Of a stretch of 64,000 nt of DNA, positions 54,887 through 64,000 are shown piece by piece; positions within the stretch are counted from its first letter, which is position 1; every line of letters begins with the position of its first letter. Location: contig JBJOLT010000032.1 of NCBI GenBank assembly GCA_046045415.1, positions 4,578 through 68,577 on the forward strand, given 5' to 3'. The position numbers were made by a program, and so were the translations under genes. The stretch is from Chloroflexota bacterium. Lineage in GTDB: Bacteria > Chloroflexota > Limnocylindria > Limnocylindrales > CSP1-4. Under the pieces are notes generated by a model that searched no databases, had not been told where the DNA came from, and saw nothing but the letters and a program-made list of their open reading frames with translations.

Positions 54887-55282
54887 TCAGCCCGGCCGGG
54901 CGGTGCCGCGGACCGGCCGTCCGAGCGTCCGCCTGACGACGTCGAGGATCTCGTCCACGTACTCGTCCGCCTCGCCGCGCTCCGCCGCGGTCTTGACGCA
55001 TCCCTGGACGTGGTCTTCCAGGACGAGGAGGGCGACCGAGTCGACCGCCGCCCGGAGCGCGGCCGTCTGCTGGAGGATGTCGACGCAGTACTCGTCCCGC
55101 TCGATCATCCGCGCGATCCCCCGGACCTGCCCCTCGATCCGGCTGAGGCGCCGGACCAGCTGGGCCCGGTCTTTCGTGTAGGAGTGCCGGAAGTCGTCCG
55201 CCCCGGTCCTCGCCGCCCCGTCCGTCATCGCGCCTCCGTCCGCCATGGCGCCCATCGGGGCCGCCGCCGCTCGGGACATCAT
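54887..55282 (-). CDS. csoR: CsoR/RcnR-family (DUF156) metal-sensing transcriptional repressor; start ambiguous (ATGATG at 55282 or internal M)
   Basis: 'LVRRLSRIEGQVRGIARMIERDEYCVDILQQTAALRAAVDSVALLVLEDHVQGC' with the C-H-C metal-site pattern of CsoR. Confidence 0.75.
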   Translation of the reverse strand: MMSRAAAAPMGAMADGGAMTDGAARTGADDFRHSYTKDRAQLVRRLSRIEGQVRGIARMIERDEYCVDILQQTAALRAAVDSVALLVLEDHVQGCVKTAAERGEADEYVDEILDVVRRTLGRPVRGTARPG

Positions 55283-55298
55283 ACCCCCGGGGGGTATG
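55280..55298. promoter_or_regulatory. perfect palindrome CATACCCCC-G-GGGGGTATG spanning both divergent start codons; CsoR-type operator candidate
   Basis: Read directly: minus-strand ATGATG (csoR) and plus-strand ATG (MSEDPAG) are the two arms; C5/G6 tracts resemble known CsoR operators (established knowledge, from memory). Confidence 0.45.
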
Positions 55299-55865
55299 AG
55301 CGAGGACCCTGCCGGACCCGGCGGCGACGGGGTATCCTTCTGGCCGATGGAGCAGGCCGCGCGCCCCCCGTTCGCCCACGAGAGCGAAGCCGAGCTGGCG
55401 CGGATCCTCGACTTCTACGGCGTCCGCTACGAGTACGAGCCGGACACCTTCCCGATCCTCTGGAACCTCGACGGCAAGGTCGTCGAGTCGTTCACCCCGG
55501 ACTTCTACCTCCCGGACCTCGACCTCTACCTCGAGCTGACGACGCTGAAGCAGCGGCTCGTCCGGAAGAAGAACCGGAAGCTCCGGCGACTGCGCGAGCT
55601 CTACCCGGCGGTGAGGGTGAAGCTCTTCTACGCGCGCGACTTCCGCCAGCTCATGCTCAAGTACGGGAAGCTCGCGCTCGTCGACGAGCTGAGCGGGACG
55701 ATCGGTCAGGTCGCCCTCCCGTACGCGACGACGGCCGCCGCCACGGACGGGCGCGCGGTCGCCGCGGTCGCGGACGGCGCGGTCGCCGCGGTCCCGGCGG
55801 CGCCGGCGTCACGGCGCGCGCGGGCCGCCCGCCGCGCGGTCGAGCCGCTCGAGGCGGTCGGGTGA
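55296..55865 (+). CDS. hypothetical protein with PD-(D/E)xK nuclease-like core (Vsr/DUF559-like); start uncertain (ORF opens at 55245)
   Basis: 'FTPDFYLPDLDLYLELTTLKQ' gives D...ELxK spacing typical of restriction-endonuclease-like fold; GC3 coding bias. Confidence 0.45.
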   Translation: MSEDPAGPGGDGVSFWPMEQAARPPFAHESEAELARILDFYGVRYEYEPDTFPILWNLDGKVVESFTPDFYLPDLDLYLELTTLKQRLVRKKNRKLRRLRELYPAVRVKLFYARDFRQLMLKYGKLALVDELSGTIGQVALPYATTAAATDGRAVAAVADGAVAAVPAAPASRRARAARRAVEPLEAVG

Positions 55866-55890
55866 CCCCGGTCGCCGGTCGGGTGGCTCC

Positions 55891-56451
55891 GTGACGCGCC
55901 CGGTCGACCTCGTCGCGGACGTCGCCGAGGTCCTCCTCACCGAGGAGCAGATCCAGGAGCGCGTCGCCGAGCTCGGCCGGAGGATCGGCGAGGACTACGC
56001 CGGGAAGGAGCTGACGCTCGTCAGCGTCCTCAAGGGCTCGCTCCCGTTCATGGCGGACCTGATGCGGCGGATCGAGATCCCGCTCGCGATCGACCTGATG
56101 GAGGTCTCCTCGTACGGGGGGACCTCGACGGAGAGCTCCGGCCTCGTCCGGATCCTCAAGGACCTCAGCTCGAGCATCGACGGCCGCCACCTCCTCATCG
56201 TCGAGGACATCATCGACACGGGCCTGACGCTCAACTACCTCGTCCGCTACCTCCGCGGGAAGAACCCCGCCTCGCTCCGGATCTGCACGCTGCTCGACAA
56301 GCCGGCCCGCCGGCTCGTCGAGATCCCCGTCGACTACGTCGGCTTCACGATCCCGGACCAGTTCGTCGTCGGCTACGGGCTGGACTACGGCGAGCACTAC
56401 CGGAACCTCCGGTTCGTCGGCGTCCTCCGGCCCGAGGTCTACTCGAGCTAG
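55891..56451 (+). CDS. hpt: hypoxanthine-guanine phosphoribosyltransferase (GTG start)
   Basis: 'LTLVSVLKGSLPFMADLMRRI', PRPP motif 'LLIVEDIIDTGLTL', 'VGYGLDYGEHYRNL'. Confidence 0.9.
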   Translation: MTRPVDLVADVAEVLLTEEQIQERVAELGRRIGEDYAGKELTLVSVLKGSLPFMADLMRRIEIPLAIDLMEVSSYGGTSTESSGLVRILKDLSSSIDGRHLLIVEDIIDTGLTLNYLVRYLRGKNPASLRICTLLDKPARRLVEIPVDYVGFTIPDQFVVGYGLDYGEHYRNLRFVGVLRPEVYSS

Positions 56452-56453
56452 CG

Positions 56454-56888
56454 ATGCACCGTCGAACGCTCGGCCGCGGGAGGCTCGTCGCGATCGTCGG
56501 GGCGCTCGTCGTCGCGGCGGGCTGCCTCCTCCCCTGGTACTCGATCGGCGGCGACGCGAGCGGGATCCCCGCCAGGCACGTCACCGCGCTCGGCGGCCTC
56601 GGCGGGCTCCTCGTCTTCCTCGCCGCGGTCGCGGTCCCGGCGCTCGTCGCCCTCCCGTACGCCGCCGGCGACCGGCCGGTCTCCATCGACCGATGGCCGG
56701 CCTACGGCCTCCTCCTCCTCGTCGCGGGCGGGGGGATCGTCGCGACCGCGCTCTCGATCATCGCCGGCGACCTGCTCATCGAGGGGTTCCGGCCCGAGCG
56801 GGCGCCGGGGATCTGGATCGCCTCGGTCGGCGTCCTCGTCCTCGCGCGCGGCGTCTACGAGATCTGGGAGGAGCCCTCCCGGAGCTGA
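56454..56888 (+). CDS. small integral membrane protein (4 TM helices), unknown function
   Basis: 144 aa, hydrophobic helices, start 3 nt after hpt stop. Confidence 0.5.
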   Translation: MHRRTLGRGRLVAIVGALVVAAGCLLPWYSIGGDASGIPARHVTALGGLGGLLVFLAAVAVPALVALPYAAGDRPVSIDRWPAYGLLLLVAGGGIVATALSIIAGDLLIEGFRPERAPGIWIASVGVLVLARGVYEIWEEPSRS

Positions 56889-56910
56889 GGCGGCCCGCTG
56901 GGGGGCCGCC
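56889..56910. terminator. GC hairpin (GGCGGCCC-gctggg-GGGCCGCC) filling the 24-nt gap between convergent genes; possible bidirectional terminator (no U-tract)
   Basis: Read directly; 8-bp perfect stem, 6-nt loop. Confidence 0.35.
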
Positions 56911-56912
56911 GG

Positions 56913-57670
<758 letters not shown>

Positions 57671-57674
<4 letters not shown>

Positions 57675-58684
57675 GCCGCAGGTGCTCCCAGGTACGCCTC
57701 GATCACCTTCGGGTCCTTCCGGACCTCGTCGGGCGTCCCCTCGGCGATCTTCTCGCCGTGGTCGAGGACGGTGACGCGGTCGCTGATCCCCATGACGACC
57801 TTCATGTCGTGCTCGATCAGGAGGATCGTCAGCCCGAGCTCCGAGCGGAGCCTGCCGATCAGCTGGGTCAGCTCGAGCGTCTCGCGCGGGTTCATCCCGG
57901 CGGTGGGCTCGTCGAGGAGGAGGAGCGTCGGCTCGCTCGCGAGCGCGCGCGCCACCTCGAGCCGGCGCTGGTCGCCGTACGGGAGGTTCTTCGCGAACTC
58001 GTTCTCACGACCCTTCAGCCCCACGAGCGCCATCAGCTGCGAGGCGCGGATCTGCGACTCGCGCTCCTCGCGCCGGTCGAGCGGCGTGCTGAAGAGCGCG
58101 TCGATCGGTCCTGCCCGGAGCCGCGTGTGCATCCCGACGAGGACGTTCTCGAGCGCCGTCATGTTCTGGAAGAGCCGGATGTTCTGGAAGGTCCGGCCGA
58201 GGCCGGCGGCGACCATGTCGTTCGGCCGGCTGCTCCGGAAGACCCCGAGCCGGGCGAGAAGGTCGAGGTAGCGCCGCGGCCGGATGATCGCCGCGAGCAT
58301 CATCCCCATGAGGACGACGCCGCCGGTGAGGCCGGCCGCGACGTACGGCAGCTCGCCCGCCGTCGCGCCCTCGATCGTCCCCTCGACCGCGTAGCCGACG
58401 ATGGCGGCGATCACCGACGGGATCAGCCAGACGATCGGCTCGATCGCCGTCCGCCGCGACCGGGCGATCATCGGCCGGCCGCGGAAGTCGATGACGCCGC
58501 CGCTCGGGTCGTAGATCCCGGCGATGATGTTGAAGAAGGTCGTCTTACCCGCGCCGTTCGGCCCGATGAGGCTGACGATCGAGCGCTCGGGGATCGTGAA
58601 GTCGACGCCGTTGACGGCGACGAGGCCGCCGAAGCGCTTCGTCACCCCCTTCGCCTCGAGGATGAGACCGCCGTCGCCGCTCAT
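57671..58684 (-). CDS. livG: branched-chain amino acid ABC transporter ATP-binding protein LivG-type with ~70-aa hydrophobic insertion after Walker A
   Basis: 'GPNGAGKTTFFNIIAG', 'GLGRTFQNIRLF', 'LPYGDQRRLEVARAL', 'LLLDEPTAGMNP'; inserted 'IEPIVWLIPSVIAAIVGYAVEG...GGVVLMGMMLAAII'. Confidence 0.85.
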
Positions 58685-59865
58685 CGCGCCTCCCCGACCA
58701 TCTCGTCGCTCCCGGGCGCAGCGCCCATCCCGCCGTCGATCTCGCCGGCTGCGTCGTCCTCGCCGATCTCCTCGGCGGCGTGGAGCTCACGGCGGCGCTT
58801 CCCGCTCGGGAAGAGCCCCTCCGGTCGGAAGAGCATCATCACGACGAGCGCGACGCCGTAGAGCAGGAACTGGTACTGGACGAAGTTCAGGTCCGAGATG
58901 ATCGGGATCTGGAACGGGAGGTTCTCGAAGAAGGCGTTCAGCTGCTTCAGCATCACCGCCTGGATGTTGTAGATGACGAACGCTCCGACCGCGACGCCCC
59001 AGATGTTCCCCATCCCGCCGAGGACGACCATCGCGAGGACCGTGAACGAGACGGTGAAGAGGAACTGGTCGGGGCTGACGAGCGTGAGCTTCGAGGCGTT
59101 GAAGACGCCGGCGAGCCCGGCGGTGGACGCCCCGAGCGCGAAGGCGAGGAGCTTCGTCGTGACGGTGTTGATCCCGTTCGCCGCCGCGGCGAGCTCGTCC
59201 TCGCGGATCGCCATCCACGCCCGCCCGATCCGGGAATCCTCGAGCCGGTAGATGAGGACCATCGCGAGCGTGACGAGGATCGCCATGATGAAGAAGTACG
59301 GATACGGGTCGGTCCCCTTGAAGTCGATGCCGAGGAGATCCGGGCGGTAGATGCCGCCGATCCCGTTCGTCCCCTCGGTGTAGCGGTCCGCGTTGAGGAA
59401 GACGATCGGGACGATCTCGCCGAAGCCGAGGGTCATGATCGCGAGGTAGTCGCCGCGGAGCCGGAGCGTCGGCGCGCCGAGGAGCACGCCGAAGAGCATC
59501 GCGAAGAGCGCCCCGATGAAGAGCATCGGGAGGAACGGGAACTCGTTGCCGCTGAACGGCGAGGCGCCGAACGCGTAGACGTAGGCGCCGATCGCGAAGA
59601 AGGCGGCGTAGCCGAGGTCGAGCAGGCCGGCGAGCCCGACGACGATGTTGAGACCGAGCGCGAGGAGCACGTAGACGCCCGCGTTCGCGAAGCCGTCCAC
59701 CCAGACCTGCGTCGGCTGGAAGAGGCTGAAGGGCGGGAGGCCCGGGAGGACGAGGCAGAGCGCCGTGAAGATCGTCATCCCGACGATCACGGTGATCGAC
59801 CGGTGGTTCGAGCTGAAGCGAGAGATCCGGGCCCGCATCCCGAGGGCCGCCGTCGCGCCGCTCAT
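58681..59865 (-). CDS. livM: branched-chain amino acid ABC transporter permease LivM-type
   Basis: 394 aa polytopic permease, ATGA-coupled to livG and livH. Confidence 0.8.
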   Translation of the reverse strand: MSGATAALGMRARISRFSSNHRSITVIVGMTIFTALCLVLPGLPPFSLFQPTQVWVDGFANAGVYVLLALGLNIVVGLAGLLDLGYAAFFAIGAYVYAFGASPFSGNEFPFLPMLFIGALFAMLFGVLLGAPTLRLRGDYLAIMTLGFGEIVPIVFLNADRYTEGTNGIGGIYRPDLLGIDFKGTDPYPYFFIMAILVTLAMVLIYRLEDSRIGRAWMAIREDELAAAANGINTVTTKLLAFALGASTAGLAGVFNASKLTLVSPDQFLFTVSFTVLAMVVLGGMGNIWGVAVGAFVIYNIQAVMLKQLNAFFENLPFQIPIISDLNFVQYQFLLYGVALVVMMLFRPEGLFPSGKRRRELHAAEEIGEDDAAGEIDGGMGAAPGSDEMVGEAR

Positions 59866-60935
59866 GCCCGCTCTCCGAGCTGCTGGCCGAGGATCCCGGC
59901 CGGGCGGAAGACGAGGATGAACGTCAGGACGAGGAAGACGACGAACTCGGCCCAGCGGAGGAACCCGAGCGTCGCGGCGAAGACCTCGATGAACCCGATG
60001 AGGAAGCCGCCGAGCGCGGCACCGGTGATGTTGCCGATCCCGCCGAGGACCGCCGAGGTGAACGCCTTCAGGCCGGCGACGAAGCCGAGGTCCTGGCGGA
60101 CGAAGCCGAAGTTCAGGCCCCAGACGACGCCGGCCGCGGCGGCGAGCGAGCCGCCGAGGAGGAACGTCATCGCGATCGTCTGGTTCAGGTCGACGCCCAT
60201 CAGCTGCGCCGCCTCGCGGTCCTGCGCGGTCGAGCGCATCGCGCGCCCGAGCCGGGTCCGGCGGACGAAGAGCTGGAGGGCGAACATCAGGCCGATCGCG
60301 ACCGCGACGATCAGGACGTTCAGCAGCGGGACCGAGGCCTCACCGATCGAGACGCGCCAGTCGAACGGGAAGATCTGCGGCGACTTCCGGTCGCCGGAGC
60401 CCGCGATGACGAGGGCGGCGTTCTGGAGGATGAACGAGACGCCGATCGCCGTGATGAGCGGCGCGAGGCGGGGCGCGTTCCGGAGCGGCCGGTAGAAGAA
60501 CCGCTCGATCGCGACGTTCAGGAGGCCGATCAGCGGCATCGAGACCGCGAAGGCGATCAGCAGGTAGAAGACGAGTTGGAGCGGGTCGCTCACCGGACCG
60601 GCGCCGAGCCCGAGCCCGATCTTGTCGAACGGCTCCGGGAACGGCCAGTAGCTCAGGGTCCAGAGCGAGACGAAGGCGCCCATCATGAAGACGTCGCCGT
60701 GGGCGAAGTTGATGAGCTCGATGATCCCGTAGACCATCGTGTACCCGAGGGCGATGAGCGCGTAGATCGCGCCGATCGTCAGGGCGTTGAAGACCTGGAC
60801 GGTCGCCGTCGTCGGATCGGTCGCGGCGCTCAGGATGAGGTAGTAGAGGACGAGCCCGACGCCCACGAACGCCACCGCCGTCAGGAGGCGGCTCCAGTTC
60901 CGTGTCGTCGGCACCGGGGTGGCGATCGCAGTCAC
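59862..60935 (-). CDS. livH: branched-chain amino acid ABC transporter permease LivH-type
   Basis: 357 aa polytopic permease. Confidence 0.8.
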   Translation of the reverse strand: MTAIATPVPTTRNWSRLLTAVAFVGVGLVLYYLILSAATDPTTATVQVFNALTIGAIYALIALGYTMVYGIIELINFAHGDVFMMGAFVSLWTLSYWPFPEPFDKIGLGLGAGPVSDPLQLVFYLLIAFAVSMPLIGLLNVAIERFFYRPLRNAPRLAPLITAIGVSFILQNAALVIAGSGDRKSPQIFPFDWRVSIGEASVPLLNVLIVAVAIGLMFALQLFVRRTRLGRAMRSTAQDREAAQLMGVDLNQTIAMTFLLGGSLAAAAGVVWGLNFGFVRQDLGFVAGLKAFTSAVLGGIGNITGAALGGFLIGFIEVFAATLGFLRWAEFVVFLVLTFILVFRPAGILGQQLGERA

Positions 60936-61018
60936 GGGTGTCCCCTTGCTCGCGGGAGAGAGACAGGGCCGGGGATCCGGTCGGATCCCCGGCCCTGCTG
61001 TTTCGCTAGCCGGATCGA

Positions 61019-62332
61019 CTACTTCGCGTAGTCGAGCTGCTCCTTGAACGCCCAGTCGACCTTGCCGCCGGCGTCCGTGTACGCGTAGATCGAGATGATC
61101 TTCTGGGTGGTGTCGCCGTTCGCGTCGAACGAGACGTCCCCGAGGATCGTCTTGTAGACGACCGACGTGTCGACGGCCGCCTTGCGGACCGCCTCGCGGA
61201 AGGCCGCCTTGTCGGCGACGTCCGCACCGCTCGCGGCGGCACGGGCGATCGCGTCGAGGACGACCTGGGCGCAGCCGAAGCCGATCGCCGCGTAGCCGGT
61301 CGCATCCTCACCGAACTCGGCGAGGTAGTCCGCGTTGAACTGCGCCTTCGCCGGGAAGTCGCCGATCCCCGCGAGGGTGGAGTAGCTGTTCTTCGCGTTC
61401 GCGCCGGCGAGGTTGAGGAACGAGTCCTGCGTCTCACCGGAGCCGTCGTTGATGCCGTCGGGGCCGACGTACGGGATGTCCCCGAGCCCGGCCTGGACGG
61501 CCGCGTTCAGGATCCGCGCGCCGCCGGTCGCGGTGACGCCACCGAAGTAGATCGCCTCGGGGCCGAGCGACGCGGCCTTCGTGAGGATCGAGCTGTAGTC
61601 GGTCGTCGTCTTCGGCACGCCGTCGCGGCCGACGACGGTCCCGCCGTTCGCCTCGAGGTACTTGATGAACTCGTCCGCGATCCCCTTGCCGAACGTCTCG
61701 GTGTCGTCGATCACGTAGACCTTCGTCTTGCCGAGGTTCTCGAGGATGTACTTCGCCGCGGCCGGACCCTGGTAGTCGTCCGTCGTGACGAGGCGGGTGT
61801 AGTTGATGTCGTTCGGGCGGGCCTTCCGGACGTCGAGCGCGCCGAACTCGGGCTTCGTGAGACCCGGGTTCGTGTTCGCCGGGCTGCACTGGAAGATGCC
61901 GGCCTCGTTCGTGATCGGGATCTGGACCTTCGCGACCGACGAGTTGACCGGGCCGATGATCGCCATGAAATCGGGATCGGCCGCGATCGCCGCGACGTTC
62001 TTCGCGCCGGTCTGCGGGTCGTGGACGCCGTTGAGCGCGTCGTCGTAGATCGCCGAATCGGGGAACTCGACCGTGCAGTCACCGGCCTTGTTGCCGGCCT
62101 GCTTGAGGGCGAGCTTCACGCCGTTGACGATCGGCTGGGACGCCGCGAGCTCCGAGCCCTGCATCGGGAGCTCGGTCGCGATCTTCACCGTGCACTCGGC
62201 CGCCGGGGCCGGGGTGGCCTCGCCGCCGGAGGCGGTCTCCTCGGGAGCCGTGGTCGCCTCACCGCCGCCGGTGCAGGCCGTGAAGGCCAGCGCCGCGGTG
62301 GCCGCGAGGACTCCGAGCCTCGTGTACTTCAT
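61019..62332 (-). CDS. Leu/Ile/Val-binding-type ABC substrate-binding lipoprotein (LivK/LivJ-like); start at MKYTRLG after GAGGAGG
   Basis: Signal peptide + lipobox 'LAFTAC', periplasmic-binding-protein type I fold blocks 'KVYVIDDTETFGKGIADEF', 'AIYFGGVTATGGARI'. Confidence 0.8.
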   Translation of the reverse strand: MKYTRLGVLAATAALAFTACTGGGEATTAPEETASGGEATPAPAAECTVKIATELPMQGSELAASQPIVNGVKLALKQAGNKAGDCTVEFPDSAIYDDALNGVHDPQTGAKNVAAIAADPDFMAIIGPVNSSVAKVQIPITNEAGIFQCSPANTNPGLTKPEFGALDVRKARPNDINYTRLVTTDDYQGPAAAKYILENLGKTKVYVIDDTETFGKGIADEFIKYLEANGGTVVGRDGVPKTTTDYSSILTKAASLGPEAIYFGGVTATGGARILNAAVQAGLGDIPYVGPDGINDGSGETQDSFLNLAGANAKNSYSTLAGIGDFPAKAQFNADYLAEFGEDATGYAAIGFGCAQVVLDAIARAAASGADVADKAAFREAVRKAAVDTSVVYKTILGDVSFDANGDTTQKIISIYAYTDAGGKVDWAFKEQLDYAK

Positions 62333-62541
62333 CCGTTCCATCCTCCTCGTGTCACAACCGGTGACCCGGACCTCCGATCGCGCTCCCTGCCGCTCGGCCG
62401 GGCGGTGACCGCCCCTCGGTCCGCCGGACCCCTCGGCCCCACCGACGCGAGCGTCGAGACGCGGGGACGGCGATGCCCGATCGGATCGGGAGAGAGCGAC
62501 CGCACCCGGCGACGCGCAGGTTGCCGCCGAAGCGATGCCGT

Positions 62542-62568
62542 ATGATAGCGAGCGGCGAGACGAATGCA
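62542..62568 (-). promoter_or_regulatory. candidate promoter for liv operon: -35 TTGCAT, 16-nt spacer, -10 TATCAT, giving a ~200-nt GC-rich 5' leader
   Basis: Read on minus strand in the only lower-GC patch of the 390-nt spacer. Confidence 0.3.
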
Positions 62569-62724
62569 ATACGTCCGCGCCCTCCGCCGCAGGCTCGGGG
62601 AACGGCTCCCGGAGCGGGTTCGCCCGCTCGCCGCCCCGGCGCCGCCGGACCGCTGACGGCCGATCGTCGTCGACCGGTGCCCGAACGCACGCGTCCCGCC
62701 CCGCACGAGGAACGACCCGCAGCG

Positions 62725-63198
62725 GTGGACTACCTGGTCCGAACGGCGCGCATCACGGATATCGACCGTGTCGTCGCGCTCTGCGCCGACATCCTCCGCA
62801 TCGCGCGGACCGGATCCGGGGCGCGGCAGCTCGATGCCGGGGACCTCCTCCGTCAGCTCGTCTTCCTCCCGCAGGCCACGGTCCTCGTCGCGGAGACGCG
62901 GCGCGAGATCGTCGGCGCTGCGGTACTCGCGCTCCGGCCCTCGGTCCGGGCGGGCGGGTACGTGGGGACGATCGACCTGCTCACCGTCGATCCCCGCCAT
63001 CGGGTGGAGGAGATCGCCGATGCGCTCGTCGAGGAGGCGCTCCGCTCGGCGGCGAACAAGGCCTGCGTCCGCGTCGAGACGACGCGGCCGGCCGACGCCG
63101 GCGAGCACGACCGGTGGGTACGCCACGGCTTCGCGACGGACGGGGAGCTCCTCGTCCGGCCCGTGGAGCGGGCACGGATCGGCCGACAGGAGGCCTGA
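62725..63198 (+). CDS. GNAT-family N-acetyltransferase (deduced GTG start; upstream part of ORF is low-complexity)
   Basis: 'ATVLVAETRREIVGAAVLAL...GYVGTIDLLTVDPRHRVEEIADALVEEALRSAANKACVRVE' acetyl-CoA-binding motif A region. Confidence 0.6.
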   Translation: MDYLVRTARITDIDRVVALCADILRIARTGSGARQLDAGDLLRQLVFLPQATVLVAETRREIVGAAVLALRPSVRAGGYVGTIDLLTVDPRHRVEEIADALVEEALRSAANKACVRVETTRPADAGEHDRWVRHGFATDGELLVRPVERARIGRQEA

Positions 63199-63329
63199 GA
63201 CCCGGCACGCGCGGACGGGCCGGACAGCAGAAGGATCGACAGGGATTCGAACGAGGCCGGCGAGCGGCCGGGCCGCGACCGACGCGGCCGCCGGGCGTCG
63301 CGCCTCACCAGCGGATAGGAGTCAGGGGT

Positions 63330-64000
63330 TTGGGTAAGAACGTCGCCGTCTTCGTCGATGTGGCGAACATCTTCTACGCGGCGAAGGCGGCCGGGGTGGA
63401 CATCGACTACGTCACCCTCCTTCGCTCGGCGACCGCCGGGCGGGACCTCGTGCGCGCGTACGCCTACACGGGTCTCGACCCGGAGAACGAGAACCAGCGG
63501 AACTTCCATTCCTTCCTCGCGCGGAACGGCTTCCGCGTCGTCAGCAAGGACATCCGGAAGTACGGCGACGGGAAGGTGAAGGCGAACCTCGACATCGAGC
63601 TCGTCGTCGACATGATGAAGACGGCGCGGAACCTCGACGTCGCGATCGTCGTCTCCGGCGACGGCGACTTCGCCCCCGCGATCCGTGCCGTCCAGGAGAT
63701 GGGCGTCCGGGTCGAGGTGATCAGCTTCAAGGGGAACACCAGCTCCGACCTGATCGACGTCGCCGATCTCTTCAGCGACATCACGCAGCTCGCGAAGGTC
63801 GAGAAGGGGACACGGTCCGGTCGGCGCGTCGCCGAGAGCGACGACGACCTCTCGATGACCGAGGTCCCGGACAAGCAGAGCGAGGGCGCGGCGCGCGGCC
63901 GCGGCCGCGGTCGCGGCCGCACGAAGGTCACCGAGGCCGAGGCCGCTCCGGCGGCGCGCGGCCGTCGCGTGACGAGGACGGCCGTCGCAGCGGCCGAGCC
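63330..64000 (+). CDS. NYN/LabA-like domain protein, 3'-truncated by window edge; TTG start 9 nt after AGGAG (not in ORF track because no stop in window)
   Basis: My translation 'LGKNVAVFVDVANIFYAAKAAGVDIDYVTLL...VVSKDIRKYGDGKVKANLDIELVVDMM...VAIVVSGDGDFAPAIRAVQEMGVRVEVISF' shows the NYN D...D...DGDF acidic motif set; Arg/Gly-rich tail. Confidence 0.6.
   Translation, partial: MGKNVAVFVDVANIFYAAKAAGVDIDYVTLLRSATAGRDLVRAYAYTGLDPENENQRNFHSFLARNGFRVVSKDIRKYGDGKVKANLDIELVVDMMKTARNLDVAIVVSGDGDFAPAIRAVQEMGVRVEVISFKGNTSSDLIDVADLFSDITQLAKVEKGTRSGRRVAESDDDLSMTEVPDKQSEGAARGRGRGRGRTKVTEAEAAPAARGRRVTRTAVAAAE

Noticed and set aside
63236-63256. tRNA-like T-loop string GGGATTCGAACG in the GNAT/NYN spacer
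   Set aside because: The flanks cannot form a T-stem or an acceptor stem. No cloverleaf is possible, so this is not a tRNA.

Overview
This is a very G+C-rich, densely coding bacterial chromosome segment with actinobacterial character. By eye G+C is well above 70 %, and codon third positions are almost all G/C. The actinobacterial indications are a PIM-type phosphatidylinositol-mannoside operon, an HspR/Hsp20/ClpB/Lon heat-shock block, CorA and HGPRT. There are about 60 protein-coding genes on both strands, with short spacers and many 4-nt ATGA/GTGA stop-start overlaps. I found no rRNA, tRNA, CRISPR array, IS element or prophage signature. The window divides into seven blocks. (1) 1.2-14.3 kb is an envelope glycoconjugate island. 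It holds a GT2 polyprenol-phosphate-mannose-synthase-like gene, a GT-C membrane glycosyltransferase-like gene, and a 1737-aa single ORF fusing two GT-C modules (the second is PMT/GT39-like with the DE motif). A minus-strand operon meets this ORF tail-to-tail: ArsR-family regulator, CDP-alcohol phosphatidyltransferase, two HtrB/PatA-like acyltransferases, PHP phosphoesterase and a PimA-like GT4. (2) 14.4-18.4 kb holds an MFS pump, CorA, a sortase-like protein with Ser at the catalytic-Cys position, and a TlpA-like thioredoxin. (3) 18.5-33.3 kb is a 13-gene complex I (nuo) operon with the non-canonical order nuoA-B-C-D-H-[NuoI/NuoE chimera]-F-[NuoG/GltD chimera]-J-K-L-M-N. A MidA/NDUFAF7-family methyltransferase gene sits immediately upstream. 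(4) 34.7-41.6 kb holds a hypothetical gene, folK, peptidase E, glpX, purH, a small membrane protein, cupin and Nudix genes. (5) 41.7-49.3 kb is a single-strand heat-shock block clpB, dnaJ-like, lon, hspR, hsp20, with a promoter-overlapping inverted repeat. (6) 49.3-53.1 kb is a potassium module kimA-usp-trkA(N)-trkA. (7) 53.1-64 kb holds a metallophosphoesterase, rsmG, csoR with a CsoR-type C5/G6 palindrome, a PD-(D/E)xK-like protein, hpt, the livKHMGF operon, a GNAT and a partial NYN-domain gene. The two most unusual items are the aberrant electron-input module of the complex I locus and the giant dual-glycosyltransferase/PIM supercluster. All calls come from manual reading of the six-frame track and the raw sequence; no database search was run. 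Several start codons are deduced GTG/TTG starts. In a few places my base counting disagreed by 1 nt with the ORF-track ends; where this happened I kept the ORF-track coordinates. Motif coordinates may therefore be off by 1-2 nt.
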